From Octopus sinensis (taxonomy: Eukaryota): a DNA stretch of 64,000 bases. Positions within the stretch are counted from its first letter, which is position 1, and each line of letters starts with the position of its first letter. The translations under genes and the position numbers were made by a program. Location: positions 45,756,001-45,820,000 of the forward strand of contig NC_043013.1 of the NCBI RefSeq assembly GCF_006345805.1, written 5' to 3'. The notes beneath the pieces were generated by a model. That model was not told the DNA's origin, ran no database searches, and was given only the letters and a program-made list of their open reading frames with translations. This document shows, piece by piece, positions 1-41,841 of this stretch.

Positions 1-430
1 AGGAATTGGAGAATTGGTGGTGGCAATGTTTTATAAGTAGTTCCGTCTCATAATGGAAAATACGTATATTCATGGAGTCAAGCTGTGAGCGTGGAGTGAT
101 TTGATGATGGTGATAATATATCTTGTTAATATATCTTAATTTTAAGATAATTGAATGTAAATAAGGATATGCATTCGCATTGGTTGACTTGTGGAAATTG
201 GGAAGGCCATCGAGCTGTAAAGCCTCCAGTATAATAGCAACAACATACGCTCGACTTCACATAATGTTGCTTGCCATAACACAAACACCTCTTGCTGTTG
301 CTATGGTGATGGGTGAGGCTATCGAAGATGTATCTAACTTGTTATGCAAGCATTGACAGCTACAAACATTAAATGAACTAATGATTAGTCATGAGGATGT
401 ACAGGTAAATGCTTTCAAAGCAGTACTTAC

Positions 431-482
431 TTGCCTGAGTAGCAACAACAACAGACGACAAAATAATCAGCAGGAGCTTCAT
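431..482 (-). CDS. Signal-peptide exon 1 (MKLLLIILSSVVVATQA + phase 1) of a third TY-domain gene (gene 0) continuing left of the window
   Basis: ATG at 482-480, 17 hydrophobic codons + 1 nt, donor gtaagt. Near-identical to exon 1 of gene C (62742-62793). Confidence 0.85.
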
Positions 483-578
483 GGCGAAATGTCTAGAAAA
501 GAGAAAGAGCGTTGTACAAATAATTTATGAGGACATCTGTGTAAATTAGAGCGAAAAATTGGGAGAAAATGGATGAAA

Positions 579-584
579 TTTATA
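579..584 (-). promoter_or_regulatory. Putative TATA box (TATAAA), gene 0
   Basis: TATAAA about 97 nt upstream of the ATG, conserved at the same place in all three exon-1 copies. Confidence 0.55.
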
Positions 585-1050
585 CAAGCTTTGACAGGAA
601 ATTAACTCTATAAGTCCTGGCCTTCCTACATGATCAGCCGACTTACTTTGAAATGTAACTTTGGTACATCATCGTTATTGCTTCATTTAGTGTAATTTTT
701 GTTCTATTACATCTCTCCACTTCCATCTTTTATCACATAAGTTATCTGGAATGATCTCTCACACAAATTCATCAATATTTCGATAATCAGAAAACATCCA
801 TATATTCCACACAACTTCACACTTATTCCCAACAAGCAACTTCTGTATCCCTGTTTGAAAACTTATGATTTAGTTGAGCCAATGAAACAGCAACCAAAAT
901 CTCCTTCAAATTACATCAGTCCTAAAAAAACAGAGGATGCACAAATCGAACAATGTTCTCCCCGATATATAAAACAATGGAATGATCATGTCTGGAACGC
1001 CTTTGTCCATAAGTTTGCCCTAGGTACAAACGACAACAGCAGCATAATCA

Positions 1051-1440
1051 GGAGGCGCAATGGCCCAGTGGTTAGGGCAGCGGACTCGCGGTCGGAGGAT
1101 CGCGGTTTCGATTCCCAGATCGGGCGTTGTGTGTGTTTATTGAGCGAAAACACCTAAAGCACCACGAGGCTCCGGCAGGGGTGGTGGTGACCCCTGTTGT
1201 ACTCTTTCGCTCCAACTTTCTCTCACTCTTTCTTCCTGTTTCTTGTCCCCGACTTCCTTCGCAACCGCTGAGCCTGGATGCGCATTCATCCATCTGTCGA
1301 TGCTCTCGGTGTCGGGGGTTGACCTGCTTTCTCTTCTGCGGGTCTTACGAATAGCAAAGGACCACGTTTCGGACGTCTCTCACTACGGACGAAGACCGCT
1401 TCGCTCAACATCATCAACATCAGCAACATAATCAACAACA
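1051..1440 (+). mobile_element. tRNA-derived SINE family 1 (head GGAGGCGCAATGGCCCAGTGGTTAGGGC)
   Basis: tRNA-like head with A/B boxes. Related copies at about 5269-5652(+), 6187-6495(+), 7391-7648(-), 10434-10740(+), 16440-16809(-), 21020-21200(+), 42499-42905(+), 44895-45498(-), 49653-49960(+). Several have 11-13 bp TSDs. Confidence 0.85.
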
Positions 1441-1652
1441 ACGTATAAACCATGAACTTTTAAGAGATCCTCTAGGCGCAATAATCATTCTCTTTCGACT
1501 CACTCCCGAAGATAATCTTTTTTTTTTTTTAAAAAGGATACTGGATAATGGACGTAAAAAAAAACCCCAGAAAGAAACAGTTAAGAAAATCGACAGTCAT
1601 GACTCGTACGTATTTGAGCATGTCTGCTCGAGGAGTGCAGACCCTGGAGTTA

Positions 1653-1660
1653 AACTACTA

Positions 1661-1692
<32 letters not shown>

Positions 1693-1801
1693 ACTGCTAC
1701 TACTACTACTACTACTACTACTGCTGCTGCTGCTACTACTACTACTGCTGCTGCTACTACTACTACTGCTGCTGCTGCTGCTACTACTACTGCTGCTGCT
1801 G

Positions 1802-1836
<35 letters not shown>

Positions 1837-1843
1837 GCTGCTG

Positions 1844-1874
<31 letters not shown>

Positions 1875-1905
1875 GACTACTACTACGACGACAACGACGA
1901 CGCCA
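1653..1905. repeat. (CTA/CTG)n compound trinucleotide microsatellite
   Basis: Direct reading; source of the spurious poly-Y/C and poly-V ORFs. Confidence 0.95.
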
Positions 1906-2303
1906 CCACCATATACTATTCCTTCATATGTGTGTATCACAAGCCTCACAACACTTACAAGCTGTTGTACAACCCCAGTCTGACCTGCTCCAGCAGATCG
2001 TTGACCAAATCAGGGACAACACCGTTACCAACGATGCTATCCTCTCGCCGCCGCTCCCGTTTTTGATCACCTGATTACCAAGAACGTTTTATTGTTGAAC
2101 TGACTTTGTCGTTTACGATTTATGTAAAGCCTTATTATACAGCAAAGATAATAATAAACCAGTCGTCTTCCCGATGTGTCAGTGCAGATCATTAAATGTT
2201 AATACGACACGACAAACACAGTAATAATTTTAATTAACGCAGATTACACTCGTTTCTAGGCGGGGAAATTATTGTTGAACAATGTTTAATTCAAACAAAC
2301 ATA

Positions 2304-2490
2304 GGCGCAGGAGTGGCTGTGTGGTAAGTAGCTTGCTTACCAACCACATGGTTCCGGGTTCAGTCCCACTGCGTGGCACCTTGGGCAAGTGTCTTCTACT
2401 ATAACCTCAGGCCGACCAAAGCCTTGTGAGTGGATTTGGTAGACGGAAACTGAAAGAAGCCCGTCGTATATATGTATATGTATGTATATA

Positions 2491-2526
<36 letters not shown>

Positions 2527-2730
2527 TCCCCCTAGCATTGCTTGACAACCGATGCTGGTGTGTTTATGTCCCCGTTACTTAGCGGTTCGGCAAAAAGAGA
2601 CCGATAGAATAAGTACTGGGCTTACAAAAAGAATAAGTCCCGGGGTCGAGTTGCTCGATTAAAGGCGGTGCTCCAGCATGGCCGCAGTCAACTGACTGAA
2701 ACAAGTAAAAGAGTAAAAGAGTAAAAAAGT
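2304..2730 (+). mobile_element. tRNA-derived SINE family 2 (head GGCGCAGGAGTGGCTGTGTGGTAAG, internal (TA)n(TG)n, tail (GTAAAAGA)n)
   Basis: B-box-like GGTTCAGTCCC and CORE-like CCTTGGGCAAGT. Other copies at about 4528-4910, 9635-10130, 17449-17900, 23222-23650, 23866-24288(-), 24749-24890, 25171-25520, 30087-30360, 33835-34265(-), 54496-54910, 58216-59230 (interrupted). Confidence 0.85.
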
Positions 2731-2757
2731 AAGGTAAGATTTAAAGACAGTGTAGTA

Positions 2758-2976
2758 TGAGGCGGTGCTGAAAAGTTCCGGGCTTTAAGGGTTTCACGAA
2801 AGGTCCAGTTGGAGGCCCAACCATCTGAGTTCTTCTACAGGTCTTAGAAAGGGTGAAAAACTGCTGCACTGAAGTGTGTGAATCTGAGAAGAGGAATATG
2901 TTCAATAAAATCATAATTAACTGATTCTCCTGTATTTTCTTTTACACAAAGCCAGGAATTTTTCAACACCCCATCG
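2758..2976. mobile_element. Tc1/mariner-derived MITE
   Basis: About 29-bp imperfect TIRs (TGAGGCGGTGCTGAAAAGTTCCGGGCTTT / AAAGCCAGGAATTTTTCAACACCCCATCG) flanked by TA. Confidence 0.7.
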
Positions 2977-3048
2977 TATATTGCTTACGAATTTAATAAA
3001 GAAATAAGTTCGTGTACTACTAGGAGGAGTAACCTTTGATGTTTCTGG

Positions 3049-3466
3049 GGATCTTTTCGGTTTGAACGGCAGTTTCTGACATAATTTCTAGGTAACTAAA
3101 AAGTTTTTAAACTTCGTATACTGGTAGAATGTGTTTATAAAACATCTTTTTCTCTTGGCTTTATTGAGAAAATTCTATAGTTTGTAAGATATTTGTTGTT
3201 TTTTTTCTTCAATTTCTGCAATTTCAACCAATCATTGACGTCTATTGAGGTAAACAACATTCTGTGCCGTATGAATATGTCCCTCGTTTAAGAAACAGAT
3301 TGGGTTTATTTGTGAAGAAAAAAAGATAACCTTCCCAACACCCCTAACCCTAACCCTAACCCTAAAACAGATTGAAATGCAATAGATCGATACTTGGGTC
3401 ATAATTATGGGTGACAATTTCATATGACACCGCTAGAAAAAACTGCCGTTCAAACCGAAAAGATCC
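3049..3466. mobile_element. Merlin-like MITE (TIR GGATCTTTTCGGTTTGAACGGCAG), 8-bp TSD GTTTCTGG
   Basis: TIRs and exact TSD read directly. GG termini plus 8-bp TSD fit the Merlin/IS1016 superfamily (superfamily is inferred). Confidence 0.85.
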
Positions 3467-3836
3467 GTTTCTGGTAGATCACTACTTCAAAGGAATCAGA
3501 TGCGGGCCTCAATCGCCAGGCGGGAATTCAGCAGAGTCAAGAGCGTTAGCTAGAATTCTTCACGATATTTATTCCGACTCCTTGTGCGCAAAGTTCAAAT
3601 CTCATCGAGGTTAGCATTGCTTTTCATCCTTTCGGGGTTAGATAAAAACAATCTCAATCTACACTGACGAATCAGCAAAGTCGACCTCGACGGAATTTGA
3701 ACTCAGAACGTAACGGCAGACGAAATACTGCTAAGCATTTCGCCCGGCGTGCTAACGTTTCTGCCAGCTCGCCGGTCCAACTCATACCAACACGAAAAAT
3801 ATTATGTAAAGCTAACAACCAAATATATACACACAG

Positions 3837-3892
<56 letters not shown>

Positions 3893-6504
3893 TTTTCTAC
3901 TATATTGGTACATAACAGAATTTATACTTGTACATTAACTTTTTATCATCTATAATTCAGAGTTTTTTTTTTGTTTTGAAATTGAAACTCACTTCTTTGA
4001 GAAGAAATAATTTTCATATCACCAATTACGTCTTTGATGACGATACGGTTATAACAATTTGGTATTTCCCGTCCCCGTGACTTAGCAATTCGGCAAAGAG
4101 ATCGATAGAATAGGTACAGGCTTAAAAATGTAAAGTACTGGGGTCTATTCATTCGACTAATATTTTTCAAGGCGGTGCCCCAGCATGGCCGCAGTCTAAT
4201 GTCTGAAACAAGTAAAAGATGAAAGGAAGTGATTAACTTTTTGTCAATTATATTTCAGAGTTTTTGTTTCTTTTTGAAATCGAAACACAGTTATTCCAGA
4301 AGGAATAAGTTCCATCTCATCAATTACTTCTTTAAAGACAACTCACCCGAGCAAGAGTAATTTGGTAATTCAGAAACGACAGAGAAATAAATGTTTGACA
4401 AACATCATCCGCTTGAGTGTCAAGTCCTTTACTAAAAGTGTTTGTTAATTACGAGTTAACTTCTTATATTTTCAAGTACAGAGATCCACATATGCATATA
4501 GGCTACACATTCACGTGTAAGCTACGCGTGGTAAGTAGCTTGCTAACCAACCACATGGTTCTGGGTTCAATCCCACTGCGTGGCATCTTGGGCAAGTGTC
4601 TTCTGCTATAGCCCCGGCCGACCAATGCCTTGTGAGTGGATTTGGTAGACGGAAACTGAAAGAAGCCTGTCGTATATATGTATATATATATATGTATGTG
4701 TGTGTGTTTGTGTGTCTGTGTTTGTCCCCCTAGCATTGCTTGACAACCGATGCTGGTGTGTGTTTACGTCCCCGTCACTTAGCGGTTCGGCAAAAGAGAC
4801 CGATATAATAAGTACTGGGCTTACAAAGAATAAGTCCCGGGGTCGATTTGCTCGACTAAAGGCGGTGCTCCAGCATGGCCGCAGTCAAATGACTGAAACA
4901 AGTAAAGAGAGTCACGTATATTACGTTTGAATAACCGGACCACATTTACACACAAGCTACACGTTTACGTGTAGCTTGGCTACACTTAAACCTGAATACT
5001 ATATCTATATTAAAGGAATGTTTATACTATCAATTCCACTTGTCTTTGAGTGTGCAAAGACCAATAAGCACAATCCTTATCTCTCGACCCAGTAAAAAAT
5101 ATTAAAAAATATACCCGTGTAATCTACCCGTTCACATCAGTCACAGAATTGAAAGGTAAGTATTGTGAAATGATTTGACATATCTTCTCTCTGTGGGTAT
5201 CGCGACATATCTCCTCTCCATGGCACACAATCTGGTTCACTTGACCATAGCATATTACTAGATTTTGTGGAGACGCAATGGCCCAGTGGTTAGGGCAGCG
5301 GACTCGCGGTCGTAGGATCGTGGTTTCGATTCCCAGACCGGGCGTTGTGAGTGTTTATTGAGCGAAAACACCTAAAGCTCCACGAGGCTCCGGCAGGGGG
5401 TGGTGGTGATCCCTGCTGTACTCTTTCACCACAACTTTCTCTCACTCTTTCTTCCTGTTTCTGTTGTACCTGTATTTCAAAGGGCCGGCCTTGTCACTCT
5501 CTCTGTGTCACGCTGAATATCCCCGAGAACTACGTTAAGGGTACACGTTTCTGTGGAGTGCTCAGCCACTTACACGTTAATTTCACGAGCAGGCTGTTCC
5601 GTTGATCGGATCAACCGGAACCCTCGTCGTCGTAACCGACGGAGTGCTTCCATCCCATTACTAGATTTTATCAGATCAGTCTTCGCGATAAGCTTGGCCT
5701 CAGTCTGATACTATAAATTACTAAGTGTTGTAAAATATTTAGCTTGGAATTTTAGCTTCTTCTCAACTTTCTCTTTTACATTTGTATGAGAGATCTTTAC
5801 TGATAAACTGAAATTTAATAAACATGGAAAAACGAACTGAAGTGGGTTTATGTATTTATTTCAACTTTTAGTAAAATATACGATGAATAACTTCTGACTT
5901 GTGTGAAGTTTCAAGTTCCTCTGAGACAAATACGGTGATCACTTTCTTGAAAATTAGACACTGGATAAGAATAAACTCATTTCATCTGAAATATAGAAAA
6001 TGAAAGAAATTTTGGAAAATTTAGGACATGGTTAGAGTATATGTAAAATTTAGGACAAAGTTAGAGATTATATGTAATATAGGACAAGGTTGGATTTCGT
6101 CCTGCAATATAAGACGAAATCACAACTGATCAGAAATGGAGCTTAAGGTGAGAGTTTATTTACAATATAGGAAAAGGCCACAATGTGGAGGCGCAATGTC
6201 CCAGTGGTTAGGGCAGCAGACTCGCGGTCGGAGGATCGTGGTTTCGATTCCCAGACCGGGCGTTGTATGTGTTTTTTGAGCGAAAACATCTAAAGCTCCA
6301 CGATGCTCGGGCAGGGGGTGGTGGCGACCCCTGTTATACTCTTTCTCTCCAACTTTCTCTCACTCTCTCTTCCCGTTTCTTGAGTAACACTGCGATGGAC
6401 TGGCATCCCGGCCAGCTGGGGAGAACACATACGCCACAGAAACCGGGAAACCGGGCCCATGAGCCTGGCTAGGCTTGAAAAGGGCGCATAAAAAAAGGCA
6501 ACAA

Positions 6505-6554
6505 TCAGAAATGCAAGTTAAAAATCAAGAAAAGGAGAACAAAATGCAATAATT
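6505..6554 (-). CDS. Putative terminal exon of gene AB: codes (E)LLHFVLLFLIFNLHF* if reached from exon A4, 3' UTR if reached after the B4 stop
   Basis: Acceptor ccatag. Same frame, length and stop position as the paralogous segment at 53975-54030. AATAAA motifs lie downstream on the minus strand. No transcript evidence. Confidence 0.3.
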
Positions 6555-8084
6555 CTATGGTTCAGAAAAGTCAGCAAAGATATTGTCTTTTGCTTCACAG
6601 GAATGGGTCAATATTGTTCAATCTTATACCTTGATGGTATTATAGATTGTAGATCAATCAAAACAGCCTGGTTAATGTCAGATCCTCGCAAGCCGTCCTA
6701 TCCATACCAGCATGGAAGATAAATGTTAAGAGATGTTGATGATGATTATGAGGATAATTAACACTTTATTACTGAGGAGTTAAACTCGTTTTTTGCTTTG
6801 CGGGTCTGAGTGAAGTACTAAATCTTCCAAGCTGGACAGGAGCATTTTTCTTTGAAAAATCCATTCTAAAACAAATGGATTAAGGGTGTCAAGAATATGA
6901 GGTATTAGCAAAGCTTGTGTATGGATATTTGTGGGAGAAACTCATGAAAATGTTATATATATTAAGTAAAAATCCTTAGAATGGGAATGAAGATAAAAAT
7001 TGCCTAAGGGAATGCATATAATTTTTGAGAAGTGCAATACTGTTTCACTGTTTCAGTAAGAAAACCTTTCAGTATAGTTCGTATCATTAAAATCCATTTT
7101 GACGAATACGAGCGAAAATTTGAATAAAAAAACTTTCATTTGTGTTCAAAGTGAAAGGGGATTAGGTCTTATCTTTTAGGATATGGACTCATACGAAACA
7201 ATTTTTTTGGTCTCATTGGTTGAAATAAGAAAAGATAGCAAAAGCTGTAAAACAGCTGAAACCTAAACTAAAACTGGGACCTCAACGTATCATGATGAAA
7301 CGATGGCAAGCAAAGCCCCAACATGGAAAATATTGGGCTAAACAGAAAAGAAATAGACAAAGCAAAATCCCAACAATGGCTGAGGAGAGAGGAAGCACTC
7401 CGTCGGTTACGACGACGAGGGTTCCGGTTGATCCGATCAACGGAACAGCCTGCTCGTGAAATTAACATGTAAGTGGCTGAGCACTCCACAGACACGTGTA
7501 CCCATAACGTAGTTCTCGGGGATATTCAGCGTGACACAGAGAGTGACAAGGCCGGCCCTTTGAAATACAGGTACAACAGAAACAGGAAGTAAGAGTGAGA
7601 GAAAGTTGTGGTGAAAGAGTACAGCAGGGATCACCACCATCCCCTGCTAAAGTACTCGTACATCCTCAGCTAAAGTACTCGTACATTTTGATGGTAACGG
7701 TGGTGGTGGTGGTGCTGTTGGGACTGTTGTTATTGCTACTACTGTTGCTTCTGATCCTTTTTCTGTTGCTGTCGGTCCTTCCGCCTCAGAGGGATCCCCC
7801 GCTGTGGTTCTGCTTCGAGATGCTGATGTTGCATTACTCATTCTTTTATTTTTTCTTGTAGATGTTGTTGTCGTTGTTGTGGAAATGGCTGTGACATCGG
7901 CGATGGGGCCCTCCTCTTTCCTCTCTGATTTTTATCTTGCGGGCAGAACACCCGTTAACGATTTGTCATGCCACAGACATGACATTTCAGACGTCTTCCC
8001 TCCACAATCACTTTCAACTCAGTTCCGTTCGGTAAGGAGACGAGGTCAGGGATCTTCTGTAGCTGGTCTGGATTTACATGGAGA

Positions 8085-9355
<1,271 letters not shown>

Positions 9356-9796
9356 CGATGGTCTCTCCTGTCGAAGATGACGCATGAGCGTTCAGTTTTG
9401 TTTCCTAACAACCTGCACAAATGGTTCGTTTAAGCTCATTCTCTTCATCATATCGACATCGTCTGAACGGGTGCACGGCATACCACGCATCAGGTGTCGA
9501 AGTGATCGCAGAGCAACGTGAGTCGAAGTGTTTTGCTGAAGAATGCAATGCACCACCCGGTCTAGGAGCTGAAATCAGGATCGCTGGTGTAAAGAGAGAA
9601 AAATTAATGGCCAAAGGAAAAGAGCATGAACATAGGCGTAGAAGTGGCTGTGTGGTAAGTACCTTCCTTAGGAACCACATGGTTCCAGGTTCAGTCCCGC
9701 TGCGTGGCACCCTGGGCAAGTGTCTTCTACTATAGCCTCGGGCCGACCAAAGCCTTTTGAGTGGATTTGGTAGACGGAACCTGAAAGACGCCCGTC

Positions 9797-9876
<80 letters not shown>

Positions 9877-10145
9877 GTGTATGTGTGTGTGTGTGTGTAT
9901 GTGTGTGTGTGTGTATGCTTGTGTGTCTGTGTTTGTCCCCCAACATCGCTTGACAACCGATGGTGGTGAGTTTACGTCCCCGTAACTTAGCGGTTCGGCA
10001 AAAGAGATAGAATAAGTAGAATAAGAACTAGGCTTACAAAGAATCAGTCCTGGGGGCCAAATTTTCTCGACTAAAGGCGGTGCTCCAGCATGGCCGCAGT
10101 CAAATGACTGAAACAAGTAAAAGAGTAAAAGGGTAATTGGCTGGT

Positions 10146-10297
10146 AGGTGGAAACAGAAACCTCCTCTGCATGGCAAATACGTGGCCTGTAGCAAAGAAG
10201 CTGATGTTGAACATAACTACGGCCGTCAGTGGCTACGAAGCTCAGTGCTGAAGGCAAAGAGTGAAGGCTTCATCTTAGCTGCTCGAGATCAAATCTG
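10146..10297 (+). mobile_element. R4/Dong-type non-LTR retrotransposon ORF fragment
   Basis: Translates to RWKQKPPLHGKY...QWLRSSVLKAKSEGFILAARDQ, matching the WxxKPLHG...L(K)xETEGFIxAAQDQ motif of R4/Dong-clade ORFs. Confidence 0.65.
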
Positions 10298-11123
10298 TTC
10301 ATTGAATTAGTCCTTTAAGTGGATGAACATTTCATAGATTCGTTGAATATTTAACCTGATTCTTGGACGGAATCAGCGTCTCAAAATATGTAACAAAGTT
10401 GGGTCTTTAAATTACAGGTATAATCCACCCTGTGAAGGCGCAATGGCCCAGTGGTTAGGGCAGCGGACTCGCGGTTTCGATTCCCGGACCGGGCGTTGTA
10501 TGTGTTTTTTGAGCGAAAACACCTAAAAGCTCCACGAGGCTCCGGCAGGGGGTGGTGGCGACCCCTGTTGTACTCTTTTGCCACAACTTTCTCTCACTCT
10601 CTCTCCCTGTTTCTTGAGTAGCGCTGCGATGGACTGGCGTCCCGTCCAGCTAGGGTGGAACACATACGCCACAGAAACCGGGAAACCGGGCCCATGAACC
10701 TGGCTAGGCTTGAAAAAGGGCGCAAAAATAAAAATAAAATAATCCACCCTACGGGCGTCCACGCAGTTTCCACCTACTCAATTTCACTTACAAAGTTTGA
10801 ATAGACCAGAAGCTAAAGTAAAAGTAACTTTCTCAAGATTCCGCGCAGAGTGTTCGAACCTGAGAGCGTAGGATTCTGAAACAATCTTCATAATCACTAG
10901 GCCATGTCTTAAATGGCCGTTATGGTTTCCCCCAGACTGTTGCATTTTCAGTTTTAATGTACAATCTCAGATCAAGTTACTTGTCAATCAAATGCATTTC
11001 CGAACACTTTAAATGAAATACCTACCTGGCTAGAAATTCCTTAAAACATTCGCAGTAACTCAGCGACATAGCCAAATCACCTCTGAAGTTTAGATTTTAG
11101 TAAACGTAACCATTCTACTTACC

Positions 11124-38795
<27,672 letters not shown>

Positions 38796-38891
38796 GGCGA
38801 AATGTCTAGAAAAGAGAGAAGGGGTTATACAAATAATTCACGAGAATATCTGTGCAAATTATCACTGAAAATTGGAAGAAAATGGATGAAA

Positions 38892-38897
38892 TTTATA
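38892..38897 (-). promoter_or_regulatory. Putative TATA box, gene AB
   Basis: Positionally conserved TATAAA. Confidence 0.55.
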
Positions 38898-40241
38898 CAA
38901 GCTTTGACAGGAAATTAACTCTATGAGTCCTGGCCTTCCTACATGATCAGCCGACTTGCTTTGAAATATAACTTTGGTACATCATCGTTATTGCTTCATT
39001 TAGTGTAATTTTTGTTCTATTACATCTCTCCACTTCCATCTTTTATCACATAAGTTATCTGGAATGATCTCTTACACAAATTCATCAATATTTCGATAAT
39101 CAGAAAACATCCATATATTCCATACACCTCCGCACTTATCACTTATTCCCAACTGTATCTCTGTCTTCATCGTGGTACAAACAGGATAAAATTTGTTTTG
39201 AAAACTCCTGAGATTGTTGAGTTAAAGAGGAAACCTCTACGTGGTCACTCGACTGCCTAGAAACAGCAACTAAATCACCTTCAAACCACATATGTCCTTA
39301 AAACAGAGGAAGGTCACAACGAGCAATGTACTCCCCGATATATAAAACAGTGGGATGATCATGTCTGGAACGCCCGAGATTGTAATTTTGTAAAACAAAA
39401 GCTGTCCTGGGAATAAACGACAACATTATCAACAACAACATATATGCTAGAAATCAATAACGGCACTTCTACGTGGTCGCTCGATTTGCTAGAAATAATA
39501 CCCATTTTCTAAGACAAGCTTTAAAAAGAAGGATATTAGATAATGCCTTCGTAGTTATACTAAAATAGAAAAAAAAAGAGAGGAAAAATGTCGGGTTTAA
39601 ATTATGGTACCTACGGACAAAGCTTCATGATCAGTGGAGTTAAACGAAAATGGCTGCGACTACGGCCACCACTGCTACCACCACCGACATACCGTAATGT
39701 TTTATTCCTTCACGTGTGTATGTCACAGGCCTCATATACAAGCTGTTGTACAGCCCCAGTCTGACCTGCCCCAGCAGATCGTTGACACTGTCAGGGATGA
39801 CACCGTTACCAACGATACTATCCTCTCGCCGCTCTCGGCTTTGATCACCTGATTACCAAGAACGTTTTATTGTTGAATTGACTTTGTCATTTACGATTTA
39901 TGTAAAGCCTCATTATATCACGAAGATAATAAACCAGTAGTCTTCCCGATATGTCAGTGCACTTCTTTAAACGTTAACACAATATGACAAACACAGTAAT
40001 AACTTTAATTAATGTAGACTGTACTCGTTTCAAGGTGATCAAGACGTTGCTGAACAATGTTTAATTCAACCAAACAATATAGTATATTGCTTACGAAATT
40101 AATAAGGAGTTAAGTTAGTGTATTTCTAAGAAGTGCAACTTCTGATGTTTCTGACGGATCACTGCTTCAAAGAAATCAGGAGTGGGACTTAATCGCCAGG
40201 AAGAAATTTAGCAAAATCGTTATGAGCATTGGCCAAAATGC

Positions 40242-40665
40242 GGATCTTTTCGGTTTGAACGGCAGTTTTTTCTAGCAGTGTCATATGAAATTGTCACCCA
40301 TAATTATGACCCTAGAATCGATCTATTGCATTTCAATCTATTTTAGGGTTAGGGTTAGGGTTAGGGGTGGGGGAAGGGTATCTTTTTTTTCTTCACAAAT
40401 GTAAATAAACCCAATCTGTTTTTTAAACGAGGGACATATTCATACGGCACAGAATGCTTTTTTACCTCAATATACGTATTTGATTGATTGAAATTGCAGA
40501 AATTGAAGAAAAAAAACATCAAATATGTTACAAACTATAGAATTTTCTTAATAAAGCCAAGAGAAAAAGATGTTTTATAAACACATTCTACCAGTATACT
40601 AAGTTAAAAATTTTTTAGTTACCTAGAAATTATGTTAAAAGCTGCCGTTCAAGCCGAAAAGATCC
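40242..40665. mobile_element. Merlin-like MITE, 8-bp TSD CAAAATGC, opposite orientation to 3049-3466
   Basis: Complete TIRs and exact TSD. Confidence 0.85.
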
Positions 40666-41135
40666 CAAAATGCTTCTGTTATTTTTCTGACTCCTTGAGT
40701 GTTGAGTTCAAATCCCATCGAAGGCACCTTTGCTTTTCATTCTTTTGGGGTCGATAAAAACATATTAGTTGAGAGTGGCGAACTGGCAGAAGTGTAATGT
40801 CGCCGAGCCGATTACCGGGCAGTATTTGTTTTTACACTTTTGCCTTTTGAGTTCAAATTATGTCATGGCCTAAAACCTAATCCATCGCCCGACGTAGCAC
40901 CTTCACCTGGTATCTTGATTGCTTTTATCAGAGTCAGTTCTGTTGAAAGGATTGGAGCCAGGTTTCCAGTTTGAGGATAAAATAGCTTCCTCATGAATAA
41001 TGTCAATAGCTTCAAACACTATACTGGAACGTAAACTACCAATAAAAAATAAAGAGGAATAACATCCATTGTACAGTGAACGCGTCTACCTTGTCCTTTA
41101 CTGCTGTGACTGCCAAAAGAAGCTACTGGCAAATA

Positions 41136-41631
41136 TTGGGTTGTCCGGAAATATGAACCATTTTGTTGCACAATAAGTCTCCATCTTTCCTTTAACTTGA
41201 AAACACCTTCTTCCCAGAATTGAGGCGGTTTCATGGCAAAGAATTCATCAGGGTATCTTTTTACGTCATCCTAGGAATTGAAGTTTTTACCATTAAGACT
41301 ATTCTGCAGAGGCCTGAATAAGTGGAAATCCGGAAGAACAATATCTGGTGAATATGGAGGGTGGGGTAACACATCCCAGCCGAGCTGCAGCAATTTTTGT
41401 CTGGTTCCTAAAGCATCAAGTGCCGAAAATGAACTTTCTTATCTTTCATTTTAAAAGGTTACATAATTAACACAGGTTATAGGAACATAAACCTTCTTCC
41501 ATGAAAAGATAGCTTAAACTGTGCTCTAAATGGAGGTGTAGTCAAATCCTATTTTATGGACTCGGCCATGTTCTAAAATAAGCCGAAAGGTAAGCTACTA
41601 TAAATCGGCAAGAACTTTCCGGACAACCCAA
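41136..41631 (-). mobile_element. Internally deleted mariner element
   Basis: TA|TTGGGTTGTCCGGAAA...TTTCCGGACAACCCAA|TA. Encodes GWDVLPHPPYSPD...FHLF...FWEEGVFKLKERWRLIVQQNGSY with a stop. Confidence 0.85.
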
Positions 41632-41841
41632 TAGAAAGAGAGTAAAGAACAGTGAATGAAATGTAATATTGACTGCTGCAGTTTAGTCTGTGTGATAAAC
41701 CGTTGCATTTTGATGTGTGCATTGTGGACCGTTACAGGGAGGTAGGTGTCGTATATCTGAAATTTTGGAATAGTAGGATACGCCGAGTTGTTTCTCCCAA
41801 CGACCTACAGCACTGCAGAACTGTTCGATCACAGCTATCCT

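Noticed and set aside
1051-1125. tRNA-like sequences at SINE heads
   Set aside because: They are 5' parts of dispersed SINEs with bodies, tails and TSDs, not tRNA genes.
1548-2066. Long ORFs with poly-Y/C/V, and similar ones at 7595-8891, 41788-42180 and 51571-52300
   Set aside because: Translations of trinucleotide microsatellites; no splice or domain support.
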